Origin: Camelus ferus | Lineage: Eukaryota | Direction: 5' to 3' | Length of the DNA stretch: 64,000 nucleotides | NCBI RefSeq assembly: GCF_009834535.1 | Contig: NC_045697.1 | Span: forward strand, 24,926,001-24,990,000 | Part shown: one piece after another, positions 52,320-64,000 of the stretch | How the letters are laid out: the number at the start of each line of letters is the position of its first letter | How positions within the stretch are numbered: the stretch's first letter is position 1 | Position numbers and translations under genes: made by a program | Notes under the pieces: generated by a model | Told to the model about the DNA's origin: nothing | What the model saw: only the letters and a program-made list of their open reading frames with translations | Databases searched by the model: none

Positions 52320-53780
52320 TAGATACCATCAACTTCCTTCTCGTCTACTCATTCTTAGTATCACTAATCTTAAGCCAGCACTTCTGTTGGTCTACAGTGC
52401 TTTTTCAGTGGGATGAATCAGACCTTTATCCCTCAGGTGTCTGAGCTCCCATTGCTCTCCCCTTATGACGTTCGTTTAGTACCGTGGCCTATGTGCTATT
52501 GCAGATGACAACAGGTGCAGCAAGAAGGACCACAGGGTAACCCCTGAGCCCCAGATGTACACACCTCTGGTCCCATTATATAGCAGCAAACTCCTGATCC
52601 TCATAATTATCAAGTTTAATTTTCCACACATTAATAGAACATTTTTTTGGTCTGTTGATCTAATTCTATGTAGAGCCTGAAATAACTGTACAGCATAACT
52701 TTAAAGTATAACTTCAGGGAATGGGGACTATATTAGAGCTGCAGGAGGGAAACACAAATTCCCTGAGCCACTGAGAGTGATGGTGAAATCACCACTCCTT
52801 CTTCTATCCTTTTTTGATTTCTGGATCTATGGATTCTAACTGTAGGGACATGACATGGTACAATGGCTGCTGGGTCAAAGATTATACTGAAATCTGAAGA
52901 ATATTCTCTTAACACTGAAAGGCATCATCTGTAGGTTGGTGCCCAGGTCAAACCTTTAAGAGGCCATTCCAATATTCAACCAGGTAAGCAGTTTACAATG
53001 TGTGCTGTCTGTAACTCTGCGTCCCTTACCTATATGTGCACTGTCATGCTTTCTCCAAAATGAAAACGCATTTCTCTAAAGAAATGTTAGGTTGGATCTT
53101 ATGTTAATAATCAATTTTTTCAGCCCACCAATAGCATTGTTGACTGAGGTACTGCAGGAAGTGAAGGCAAACCCAGTCCTGGAATGCATATTGATCTCAG
53201 TAAGGATGAAAGATGGCTCTTCTTAAGATCAACTTGCCACTAAGTGGCTGATTGGTCTTGAAGGATGGTACCACCACACCAAGGTGTTGATATTTGTCTC
53301 TTTAGCTGATATTCGATATTTTTCAGGAGCAGCAACTAGATAGTCTGCGTGAATGAAAGTCCTTGTTGTTGAACTCATGCTTTGCCTTTGACTTTGCCAC
53401 CATAACTGGTGAATGAATTATGTGGACAATAATCTAAACATTCTGATGTGTCTTAGATACACTTTTCGATACTTCTGCTCCATGGACATAATCTGACATC
53501 ATATCTATGTAGCTTGATGCATATGTTTCTTCTATTATCTTTTAGAACTTAGTACTTCCGATGTTATTATCTCCCATTTATCTCTGTGAGTGAAGGAAAG
53601 ATCAGTAGTATCACTGTATCACCAGTTGTCCCACTCACATCGAAGACGTGGGCATTCTAACCCTGGTACTCAGTGTTACAATGAATCAAGTCAACAATTA
53701 CGTACTGATTACACATATGTATATGGAGCTCCAGGCTGCCTCTTACAGAGAACAGAAAAATGCATTCCCTATCCTAAAAT
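52320..53780 (-). mobile_element. ERVL internal (pol/integrase region) fossil
   Basis: ORF 52733-52915(-) contains PTVRIHRSRNQ, cf. the ERV-L pol motif PIARIHGSRNQG; heavily disrupted. Confidence 0.75.
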
Positions 53781-56019
53781 AGGCAAGAATTCTTTCTAGG
53801 TCTTTTTCTCTTTTTACCTGCTTTCTACTCCTTTGCTCAGAATAAGCCAGTCTAATTTATAATCTATGAATATCTACATTATTTTATTCTGAAATTATAT
53901 CTTTGCTGAAGATATGGTGAAGAAGAAAAAAATGAATCTAAATATTAATTTTGCAAGTGTATGTCTTGGGATCTTCTTGTCTGACTGACACATTTAGCTG
54001 AATGCAGAGTTTTAGTCGCACAGCTATGAGGCAGTATAATCTGACATTTGTTCTCCTCAGAAAAAGAATATAAGTGCTCCATAGTTAAATACTTTGGCCA
54101 ACCTTCCTGGAGATTCATAAAGTAAATTACTTTTAAAAAGCTTCTGTGATGGTGTGTTATCAAGGAGTATGTTCTAATACCCAGAGTATTAAAAAAAATT
54201 AATACACACCTTCCTCAAATTTTCTAATGAAAAAATTTATTTTGTCAATTAATCCACAGGAGAAATTGTCAATAGGATGTCTGGATCCAAGAGCAAAATT
54301 TACATCATCAAGGTCTATAATTCTCCTACTTCTTTTTCTGTTTATTTCAATATATTGCCTTCATTCTATAGAAGGAATCTCTTTGTGTAGAATGAAAAGG
54401 ACCACTGATATATGTAGGTTCACATTCTGTTTGACTGGTAAACCTCTACGCATATGCAGAGAAGGGCTTTAACTCGACCCACCTAGGTCTTGGGTTTGCT
54501 GTGGAAACCATCCCTGATGCCAGCAGTACAATGACTGGCCCAACAAGGGTCAGGTGGCTGGCTTAGGAAGGAAGAGAGGAAGGCCTCAAGGGAAACAGGG
54601 CTATGCCCTCTCTATATTCTACCATATATTACCAAACTTGTTTGAACATAAAGCACTTTTATCAGAAATACCTAACAAAATATATTTGTAGAGCCTATTC
54701 AGAGATTGACATTTTTATAATTACCTATAGTTCAAATCACAAGGCTACTATGTGCCCAACTGTTTCTATTATGTGTGATTCTTTCCATTAATACCAAGAA
54801 ATACAACATATGTTGAATTTATATACAAGCATGATGGCTTGAATATACATTGTGATCATATTTTAAATAAAGAAAAATAGTGATGATTTTCTAGGTATCA
54901 GTTTAAAAAAACTCACAATGTGTTACATAATCTAGTGGTAGAGTATTGAACATTTTAAAGATTTTTTTTTTAATACAAAAACGTCAGGGTTGGATAATCT
55001 AGCCAAGAACATTGAGTGAGAAGCACTTTGATGCTTAGCTACATAATCAAACAATGTGACAGTGGGAAGTAGGAAGGTCAAATGAAAAGAAGTGGTAACA
55101 AATGAGCATTGATTTAAGGTCACTGAAGTATATCTTGAACAGTAAAGTGGCCATCCCGAGTTGTTAAGAATTCCACAGTACATAGAAAATAGAAAGTATT
55201 CTAATGCTGATATGTTAAAAAAATTTTAAAACATGTTCTTTCTTAAAATACATGAGAAAGACACCGATTCAAAAATATCAAATGTAAAATCCAGTAGAAA
55301 CATTCCATTTTCATATTCAAACCTGTCCATGTGTTTAAACTTAATGTTTGTAATGGTTAGCATAATATGAAATGGATACAATTTTAAAAAGTAAACATAA
55401 TTATCAGTAACAATTTGCAAGTAAAATTCAGAGTTTTGGCCAGGGACTATTATACTATTAAATTAAAATTTAGTTGGGGCTACGTAAAAAATTAGGAAAT
55501 CTTTTTTTTTCAAGTTCTAAATGCAGATTTTAGAAGACATTATTTAAATAACTTCAGCCCATCAACTAGAGTTCAAACTAGTCAAATTTCTGTTGTTTCT
55601 ATTCTCTCACTAATCCAAGAAAGAAAAATAGAAATAATCCCTGACTTTATTTGTTCCCTCTCACTCAGAATTAATAATCATGTTCTGCTATTTTTAGCTT
55701 ACTAAAAACTTTTCTAATACTCTACCTTTTCCTTCCCTTACTACTTCCCTACTTCAGGCTTGTATCATTTGCCTAAATTACTACATTTGCTTCTTACTAT
55801 TTTTTTCTAATTCCAGTTTCTTCTCCTAAAATCAAGAATTGCTCTCTAATATCTAAATCTGACATCTTACTCCCCACCCTTCAGCAAGTCATCATTAGTT
55901 ACTATGTGAGTTTGGACTCCTTATAATCATGCACAAGAAAGTATATAATACAACCTCTGCCTATGACTACGCTTTATCTGTTGGAATGCCATCAAACACA
56001 CAACTGAGCACCTCCTCAC

Positions 56020-56525
56020 ATGTGACTGCACTTAGGATGCATTCTGCTGCATGTGTCTAATTACTCTGCTCAACTTGGCTTAAGTAATATTTATTACTGC
56101 CAGCAATAAAAGTAAGGCTGACTTCAGAGCTGACTGACTCATCTGTACAACAACTTCAGCAATACTGGACACTCTCCACCGCTCAGCTCACCATTTTTGG
56201 TACTGGTTTCATCGCCAGCCTAGCAGCTATTCAAGTTTCACATATACACACAGCAATATTAAAAAAAAAAAAGTACCATCATTTTCTGTGATTATCCTTT
56301 AGGAGCCAGATAACCGCCTGCGCATTTTTTTTCTCATGCATCATTAAGTATATTAGAATTGGGTAACGTGATCATTTCTGAACTAGTCACATGCCAGAGG
56401 AATGGGATTGTCTCCAGAATAATCAGAGGTCTGAGTTGGGCAGTGGAAAGTGTGGGTTATGACTCTATCTGGGAGATACAACACTTGAACAAAACTGGCA
56501 TCTTATTAAACAGAGAGAGTGAGGG
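56020..56525 (-). mobile_element. Old MaLR LTR (MLT1I/J-like)
   Basis: TTAGGATGCATTCTGCTGCATG...TGGCTTAAGTAA...TCATTAAGTATATTAGAATTGGGTAACGTG. Confidence 0.55.
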
Positions 56526-57267
56526 AATGAATGTTATTTATTTTCTCTATGAATTTGCTAGAGAGGATTCCCTAATCCTAAACATCATTTAAAACATAAA
56601 TCAGACATTGTCTTCTTGAGACAATCCTCTCTAATTTCTATCACCCTCGTGCCAGAGTGAGTAGGCAATTCTTTCTTGGGGCTCTAATAAGAGGTTATTC
56701 CTATGACTCAACATTAGGGTTATTTGTTACTATAATTGGCTCTTCTATTAATCTGTGAGTACTGTGAGGGCAAAAATACTTTGTATTCACTTTACTGAAC
56801 CCAATATAATATTTCAATAATATCTGTTGAATGAATTGTTGAAGATGCTTTGCAAATTATTCAGCCACTAAAACGTTCTAGTAGAAACACTTTTTTTGAG
56901 TTATTTAGAAAAGCCTTTGGGTATTTGAAAATGGTAATGGGAATTCATTTAAAAATATTCCCTTTCTTATAGTCTACTCAAAACATGTTAGGATTATAAA
57001 ATAAAACATAGAATATGGAGTTTCCCTAACTTTCTAAACTAGGTTAGGGATCTCTGATATCCTTTGTTATTGTCAAGTCTTCCTTGAGGGCAGATATGGT
57101 TGTGTTTGCCATAGTCTCCCCAGCTTTTAGCCAGTGTGCTTTGCATGGGCACTCGATACATACATATGACTGAGTAAATACACTAAGAATATTTACATTT
57201 TACTTATTATACAAATAATAGCATCTTATTTAGCTCTTGCTACATGTGTATCTTTATTCATTAGCAT

Positions 57268-57583
57268 GTTGCAGAAAATACCACTAGAATCTCAGGGGAG
57301 CGTTCAAATTAACAGTGTTCTTACTGGCAGGAGTCAAGAGAATATGCATTCCTTTAAAGTTAGAACAGCTGCTTGTGAGCCTCAACTGGCATCAGTCAAC
57401 TGAGGGGCCCCCAATCTCAGACACAGCATATTTCAAGATCTCCATCACCAAAACGGAACCTGAGCTACTGGAATAAGATCACTGTTTTGACAGTCTTGGT
57501 ACCTGTCCAGCAAGAGTCATGCAGGACCCTCTGAACGCTGAGTGCTTCAGGCCGGATCACCTACTCCTCTTTCCCTTCCAACA
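57268..57583. mobile_element. Probable LTR fragment
   Basis: TGTTG...CAACA inverted termini; GC-richer than flanks; family not recognised. Confidence 0.4.
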
Positions 57584-57589
57584 ATCTTT

Positions 57590-60178
57590 GCGCCCCACCA
57601 CTCTCTATCTTAGGAACATAACGTGTAATCTCATTATGTCTTTTAAACCTATCCCTGTCATCCAGCACAAGAACTTCAGTTCTGCCAGATCAGTCTTTTT
57701 GCCCAGGATTCCAGTCCCCATAGGTTCTGTACACTGAGTTTCTTGTTTCCCTCTCCCAAATCTCATCAACTTCCAAAATGTTGCACTAAACCATCTATAC
57801 TCATAGTCAACAGCAAAGTTTGTGATATTTTGTAACTCTTCCTTGAATAATCCTTTCGTCTTTTTTTTTTTTTTCTCTGAAACCTGGCTCTGCTTTGAAT
57901 TGACTGTTCCAATGACAAAATGTCAGTGTTTGGTTTTTGCCACATTTCTCAATCTATTGAAACTCAAGGTGGGGTAGTTTTCTTCCTTGCTTTGTCCTTG
58001 TCTCTTTCAAATTCTTCTTTCTCTCTCCACCAAAAAAAAAAAAAAAAAAAAAAAAACAGTTATTTAGCTATGAAATCAGACTCTACCATCGTTACTGCTT
58101 GTTTTACGTATTTGCTGATCCTTGGGTCTAGTCACTCTCCCTCCTGGTACGGAGACCGTAGATTCTGCCACACTGAGGCTCTCCCCAACACGGCCATTGT
58201 CATGGATCTCAGTAATTCCAATGTCTATCTCAATCACCCTTCCAAAACCATATCCTCTCAGTTTCTTGATGTTCTCTTCCAGTTGTCAGGTCTCCAGCCC
58301 TACCTTAGACACTCGTATGAGTGTCATATACTAGATGTCCTTATTTACAGCTCTACCTACTATATCAACTCAGTTTCAAGCACCTCACTCTCCAGCCACC
58401 ACTCGCCATTTTTCCAATTTCTTCATTGAATATACTTTCAGTCTTACTGAGAACTGCAAAATACTGATTCCATTAATATCCCTCCCCTGCTTCTAGCCTT
58501 CTTTCTTTGCTTACAGCTTTAACCCCACATTTATTCATTACACAGCATGTAATTACTTTCTCATTTTTTGCATTCAGTCACTAAGATGACTGAATCACAA
58601 CTGTGGATGAATCAAGTCTCTACCCACATGACATCTGCATCTACACAGAGAAACACAGCTGGAATAAAACACACAACCATCCTGACTGCTCTGAAGCTAA
58701 ATGTGAGATTGTTACCTCAATGGGAATGCTTCTTAGTTTGATAGGGATTCTGTAACATTTCCCTAGTCCTTTCTCTTCCCCATTCCTCTAAGTGATCATT
58801 TCAGTACTTCTCCTTTTCTTTAACTGATACATCTTTCCTTATTCTCATTATCAAAATATGATCTGAGAAAAGAGAAGCAATCACAAGACAAAATCCAAAG
58901 GCCCCTGCTATTTGCCTGCACTTGTCTGCGCCTGTGCCCACATCATCTGTGTTTTATGTCAAAATGAGTAAACTGTCCTTCTAGCAAAGGACAGTCCCCT
59001 CTTTTACATCATACCTCATCTTTTCTCTACTAAGTGAGAACATGAGGACATTTCCCTAGCAATCCCACTGTCTTGCTCTCGTAACATCAATCTTTTCTCT
59101 ACAGGCCTGTCCCCAACATTATGAAGACCAAATGTTATTTTCCCAATATAAATAAGCCTTTTAACCCAATTTTCATGCCAGATTTTGTACTATTTATTTC
59201 CTCCTATTTACTGTAAAACTCATGAAAGGAATTTTCTATAATTGACTTTCCTACTGTCTTTCTTCAGCCCACTCCTTTCAGCCTTTTGTCACTAGTATTT
59301 CAATATAACTGCTCATATCGAGGTTACCAGTGACCAAATTGCTATATCCAAACACCAATTTTTCAGCACTTTTTTCACTTAACCTCTAATAAGTCTTCAG
59401 TAAAGCTGACTACATTCTTACACTTAAAACACTTTGTTTGTTTTCCAGAATATACCTTTTCCATTCTTTCCTACCTCTCTAAGCACTCAACCCCCTTTGC
59501 TGATTCTTCTTTAATTCTCTGTTGAAATGCCCTCAGGGTTAATCCTTGAACATTTTTTTTATACCCATATTTCTTCCTTGGTGATTTCGTTGAATCTCCT
59601 CTCTTTAAATAACTTCCTAGGCTGCTATCCACCATATTTATAGTCTCAACTTTTACTTCTTTGCAATTGAATTCAAATTCAAAATGTCCGAATGACTATT
59701 CATTACCTCAGAGGCACCTAAATTCAATATATGAAAAAATGAACTCTTCTGCATTCCAAGTGTGTTCCTCTTGCAGTAAATGAAACTCAGAAACACAATC
59801 TTGGAGTCACCGTTGACTGGTCATTTCTATGTCTCCATCTGTCTCTTTGCCACTATCTCACTCTCTCCTCCTCTTTCCCTCTAGCTCTTTTTCTCTGCCA
59901 CAACACATGTAGAATTCACCAATAGATCCTTTTGGCTATGATGACAAAATATATCCATATATGATCATTCACTTCCTTTGTTACCTTCCTCATCCAACCA
60001 CTGCCATTTCTAGATTAGAATATCATAATATCTTCCCAACTCTTCTAACTATTCATGCCTTTGCCTTCTTTTCATCCATTTTGGACTCCATTAAATACAA
60101 AGCATATTATGTCACTCACATGCTCAAAATCCTTTAATATCTTTCTTTTCCACTCAATAAAACCTAGTATTCTTATCA
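57590..60178 (+). mobile_element. Long L2 LINE fossil including the APE-endonuclease region of ORF2
   Basis: GAAACCTGGCTC = ETWL (57879-57890); ORF 57920-58429 has GGV and HPSKTISSQFLDVL...CHILDVLI; pyrimidine-rich L2 body (ACTGAGAAAAGAGAAGCAATCA-like motif near 58862, AGGTTACCAGTGACC). Confidence 0.8.
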
Positions 60179-60179
60179 T

Positions 60180-60655
60180 TGTTATAGCAAAACTTGTACC
60201 AAAGTTAAACAGGCAAAGATGACTATTCAAGGCTATTGCAATAGAAGAAAGAGATCATTATTTGAGTCTGAACACTTTATTGAAATAAAGAGCAAGAAGG
60301 ATTTTTAAGCACTGTAGTGAGCTAATGAAAAAGTCCTGGGGGACGGTAGGGCACTGTTTGCTAACTAGATTTACCCAAAGGAAAAATAAATGTGGCATAT
60401 CTTTTAAGACAGAAGGTAGTTTCACAACTTGGAGCAAGACATGCAGAGAAGTTAGGCTTCTACACTCCCACAGAAATTGTGCAACAAGGGTGCTCTCTTC
60501 CTTGACAATTACAGTTCAAAGGGATGGCTCCCCAGGTCCTCAAGAAAGACATTCCTGGGTTTTGAAAGTGGCAAGAGGCTTTTTAAAGGATTTACATCTC
60601 AAAGGTGCAGAAAACGAATTTAAAATTTTTCTAATGCAAATGTGTTAAACAAAAG
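60180..60655 (-). mobile_element. ERV1 LTR (MER31/MER67-like)
   Basis: GTTAAACAGGCAAAGATGACTATTCAAGGCTATTGCAATAG; GGGATGGCTCCCAGGTCCTCAAGAAAGACATTCCTGGGTT. Confidence 0.7.
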
Positions 60656-60834
60656 TTATACAGAAACATCTGTATATCTATATAGACATGTCTATACAGA
60701 TGTATATACACTTACACACGTATATGTTCATACATATACATATATTTACATCTATCTATATCTCTCCTCTAGTTTCTCTTTATATCTCTGGCTTTGGATC
60801 TTGAATAAAATCTACAATGGAACAATGAGAGACT

Positions 60835-61250
60835 GTCTGAGATAAAGTTTCCCAGAAGCAGACACTGAAGTAACAACTCATAACGCAAGTAACTTCTTAA
60901 GGAAGAGCATGAGGCAGGACAAGGGGTGGGAGAGAGCCAAGCAAGGGTGCTATTTCTGAGGAAGACCCAGTGAAATCGAATCCTACAGTGAGTCCTAGGG
61001 TGTAAACCTACCATTAGGGTTTATCAATCCTAGAGTCAGGTCAAGTCAGCTTTCACAATTCTACACCAACAGTCACTGGCTGTAGGATGAATAAAGGAAA
61101 CATAAATTCTCACACACCGTGGGATCTCTGAACATGAGTCTGAAGTACCAACAATGGCCTCAGAAAGCTTCCTGACAATGGCATGCTATCACTGATCAGA
61201 TGCTGAGGAAAAGACACTCAGAAATGCTAAAAGTGATCCACAGGAATAGT
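60835..61250 (-). mobile_element. ERVL-type LTR fragment
   Basis: GTTTCCCAGAAGCAGACACTGA...GGGGTGGGAGAGAGCCAAGCAAGGGTG. Confidence 0.55.
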
Positions 61251-62229
61251 CTTCTGTTAAAAATGTTCAATTAAGGAACTCTGTCACTGCTTTTATTCAA
61301 AAGCCTCTGTATATACAATATATAGTATCTCTAATATTACAGTGAGATTCCAGGGGAATTTTTCATTATGTAAGCATGGTGCTGCTTCCACAGCATAACT
61401 CATCTTTGCAAAATTGGTCTTAATATTTTGGCGATAACATTTTACATTTTCATAAGTTCCTTCAGTCTCAACGTGTAAGGTAAGGAATGCTCAAAATTGA
61501 GCAAGCTGGGCAATGAGTAACTTAAAGATAAAATCTGCTTACTTCAATACAAAGAAGAATATCTATCAAATTTCAATTTTAGAGTTTACTTTCTCTATTT
61601 TCTCAACCAATTTAACACACAAGCAATTTTACACTTAAGTTCCAAGTGGAAAAGCCAAATTCTTTTGCTTATTTCACAACTGAATGCAATCAGTGACTTA
61701 TCCATGATCATCCCGTTTTTCTTCTGTACAACTATATTCAGTTAAAAAGTATTTTACACTTCCAATAGTAAAGTGGTTCTGAGTTACTTGGTCATTTGGA
61801 CTCTGTCTTCTCTTCTAGACTTATATTTATATTAAATGGTAAAAGTAATTTTTCTGCCATTTTGCAGTGGGGTTAATTTTCTTGAATAAATTGCACATTT
61901 ATATTCCTAAAATAAAACTTTGATATTATAATGTCTAATATCTTCCCACGTATAGCAGTTTTGTAGATCATAGATAAAATCAACAGTAACTAAAAGCAGA
62001 TTTTGATTACAAAAAAGGCAAGAAAATAAAGACATAATTAGAGAATATAAGTAGGTAGAATAAATAAATAGAAATCTATGACTCTATTACCTATTGAGCA
62101 AAACAAGTCTAGTTTTAGAAACATTTCTCTAATTTTGGTAAAGTTTATTTAACCCAAAGTTCTGGCAAACTGTCCATTTTTTTCTGCATATGATTATTTC
62201 AAATATTGAGACAATGTATCACAATTTTA

Positions 62230-62575
62230 ATAACCTTTATTTTTCAAAGCAGTTTTAGGTTTACAGGAAGTATATACTCCTTCCCCATCCAACCCCCTTC
62301 TACTATTAACATCTTACATTAGGATGATACATTTTTTATAACTGATCAACAAATATTGATAGATTATTATTAACTGAAGTCCCCAGTTTACATCAGTGTT
62401 CCCTCTTTGTGTTTTACAGTTCTATGGATTTTGAAAAATCATGTTATTTATCTGCCATAATAGTATCAAAATAGTTTCACTTCCCTAAAAATGCAATGTA
62501 TTCCATGAATTTATCCTTTCTTCCCTTCTATCTGAACCTCTGGCAGCCACTCATCATAGTTTTGCCTTTCAAAGT
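62230..62575 (-). mobile_element. L1MC-like 3' end fragment
   Basis: AGCAGTTTTAGGTTTACAG, TATTAACTGAAGTCC, AATAGTTTCACTTCCCTAAAA, TGGCAGCCACT. Confidence 0.8.
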
Positions 62576-62812
62576 ACATAACACATTTTCACTGATAGTT
62601 CTTACAGCAGCAACACATTCTTTAGGTACCTATGAATTAGTTGATCAAGGGACTTACTGACTTTTTCAGACTTTAGTTTAAAGGCTCATTGTGATCCAGG
62701 CTAAAATGTTTGCCTGGGCAGAAATTAAGGCTTTTATTTGCTTCTCCTTTCTCCTTCCTTCACGTCTGGAATTTTGGCCACAGAACACATGTCCTTATGA
62801 AGATCCCACAAT

Positions 62813-62895
62813 AAACAAAAACTTGCTTGAGGGAAAACCAAAAACCAAAAAACCAAAAAAACCAAAAAAACAAAAACTTGCTTGAGGGAAAACCA
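62813..62895 (+). repeat. Perfect 28-bp direct repeat around an A-rich spacer
   Basis: AAACAAAAACTTGCTTGAGGGAAAACCA at 62813-62840 and 62868-62895. Confidence 0.95.
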
Positions 62896-63476
62896 GGAAT
62901 TGAGAGAATATTTCCAGGAGACAGAAACTCAGCAGAGATTCCCAAGTACTTCTGGAAGTATGTGATGATTAAGACAACAGAAACCATGAATGAAAAAGAA
63001 AGGAAACAAGAAACCCAAGTTTCCTAATCAAAAGCTCCCAAAGGAGGACTTTATAAGTGGACCAGTTGACAAAGGATGAAATGTACTGAAACAATTGTTC
63101 TCTACCCGAAGAGCCCATCTGTTTAGAGCTACAGTAATTTGAATAGTAAGCTTCAGTAATTTTGTTTTGTTTGCTCTTTCATCACTATTTTTCTCTTAAG
63201 AAGAAATCTGATGACGTAAAAAAAATAATGATTGTTAGGGAAGTAGAGAAATGAATTAGTAGAGACCACATAATTCAGTAGGAAAAGTTAATTAAATTTG
63301 TATGACATCAAAAACATTATATGAAAAATATGAATTGAAAATATATTTATGTTAATTTTAATTATTTCTCTGCTATACATAAGTGTATTCAAATATGTGC
63401 CTCAAATCATCACCTGCACAAGCACAACTACAAGTAAACACAACTACAAATGGAAGCACTGAAAAAACCAACTGTA

Positions 63477-63754
63477 TGGTTGACCTTTGAACAACACAGG
63501 TTTGACCTGCATAGGTCCACTTCTACAGGCATATTTAAAAGAAATCTACAGTTGGCCCTTCATATCTTGGAGTTCACATCCTTAGATTCAACCAACTGCA
63601 CAGACTGCAAACTTAATACACAATCCGCATCTGTGGTTGCTTGAATCAGCAAATGCTGTACCTGTGGATATGGAGGGCCAACTATGGGGCTGGAGTATCC
63701 ATAGGTTTTAGCATCCCCTGGGACCAATCCCCTTCAGATACTGAGGGACAACTA
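63477..63754. mobile_element. Tigger2-derived MITE
   Basis: GTTGACCTTTGAACAACACAGGTTTGA...GATACTGAGGGACAACT termini. Confidence 0.85.
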
Positions 63755-63829
63755 TAGCTGTTATAATATTTAAGTGCCATAACTGAGGCAGGAATAAAGT
63801 TAAAACTTTACTGATCCTGTAGACAAAGG

Positions 63830-64000
63830 CTCTAATAGAAAGAATAATGTGTCTAAAGTGAGATCAGAGCTAAAGTCCCTCCTACGTTCACAACTGGCCA
63901 TGTAAACCTACACAAACATATTAATTTCTCTGAGTAAGGTTGTTGTATGATCTTTATTACATAGGATGATGTTACTCAATCTGGAATAACGTTAAAGCCT
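63830..64000 (+). mobile_element. MIR fragment
   Basis: Degenerate MIR core (ATTAATTTCTCTGAG...ACATAGGATGATGTT). Confidence 0.45.

Noticed and set aside
60660..60790. Self-complementary TA/CA-rich stretch as a miRNA hairpin
   Set aside because: Low-complexity alternating purine-pyrimidine sequence folds trivially

Overview
AT-rich, CpG-depleted mammalian DNA with no recognisable protein-coding exon, RNA gene or CpG island, so it is probably intergenic or deep intronic. The tRNA-derived SINE at ~17.36 kb and the young L1 3' UTRs resemble camelid (alpaca/camel) repeats, judged from memory of consensus sequences rather than a search. Much of the window is layered transposon debris: L1, L2, MIR, MaLR/ERVL/ERV1 LTRs, Tigger and hAT MITEs. 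The longer ORFs are decayed L1, L2 or ERVL pieces, or chance ORFs. The most notable items are (1) an ERV1-type LTR carrying three perfect estrogen-response palindromes, each preceded by a GATA site (37.24-37.44 kb); (2) an L1 with an apparent ~280-bp 3' transduction inside an LTR (28.8-29.9 kb); (3) two L1s inserted serially at one target site (9.4-9.8 kb); (4) a MER41-like LTR with decayed GAS sites; and (5) two apparently repeat-free, motif-rich candidate enhancers (27.6-28.5 kb and 42.9-43.4 kb). I see no support for a new gene system. Repeat subfamily names and most boundaries are approximate, by-eye calls.
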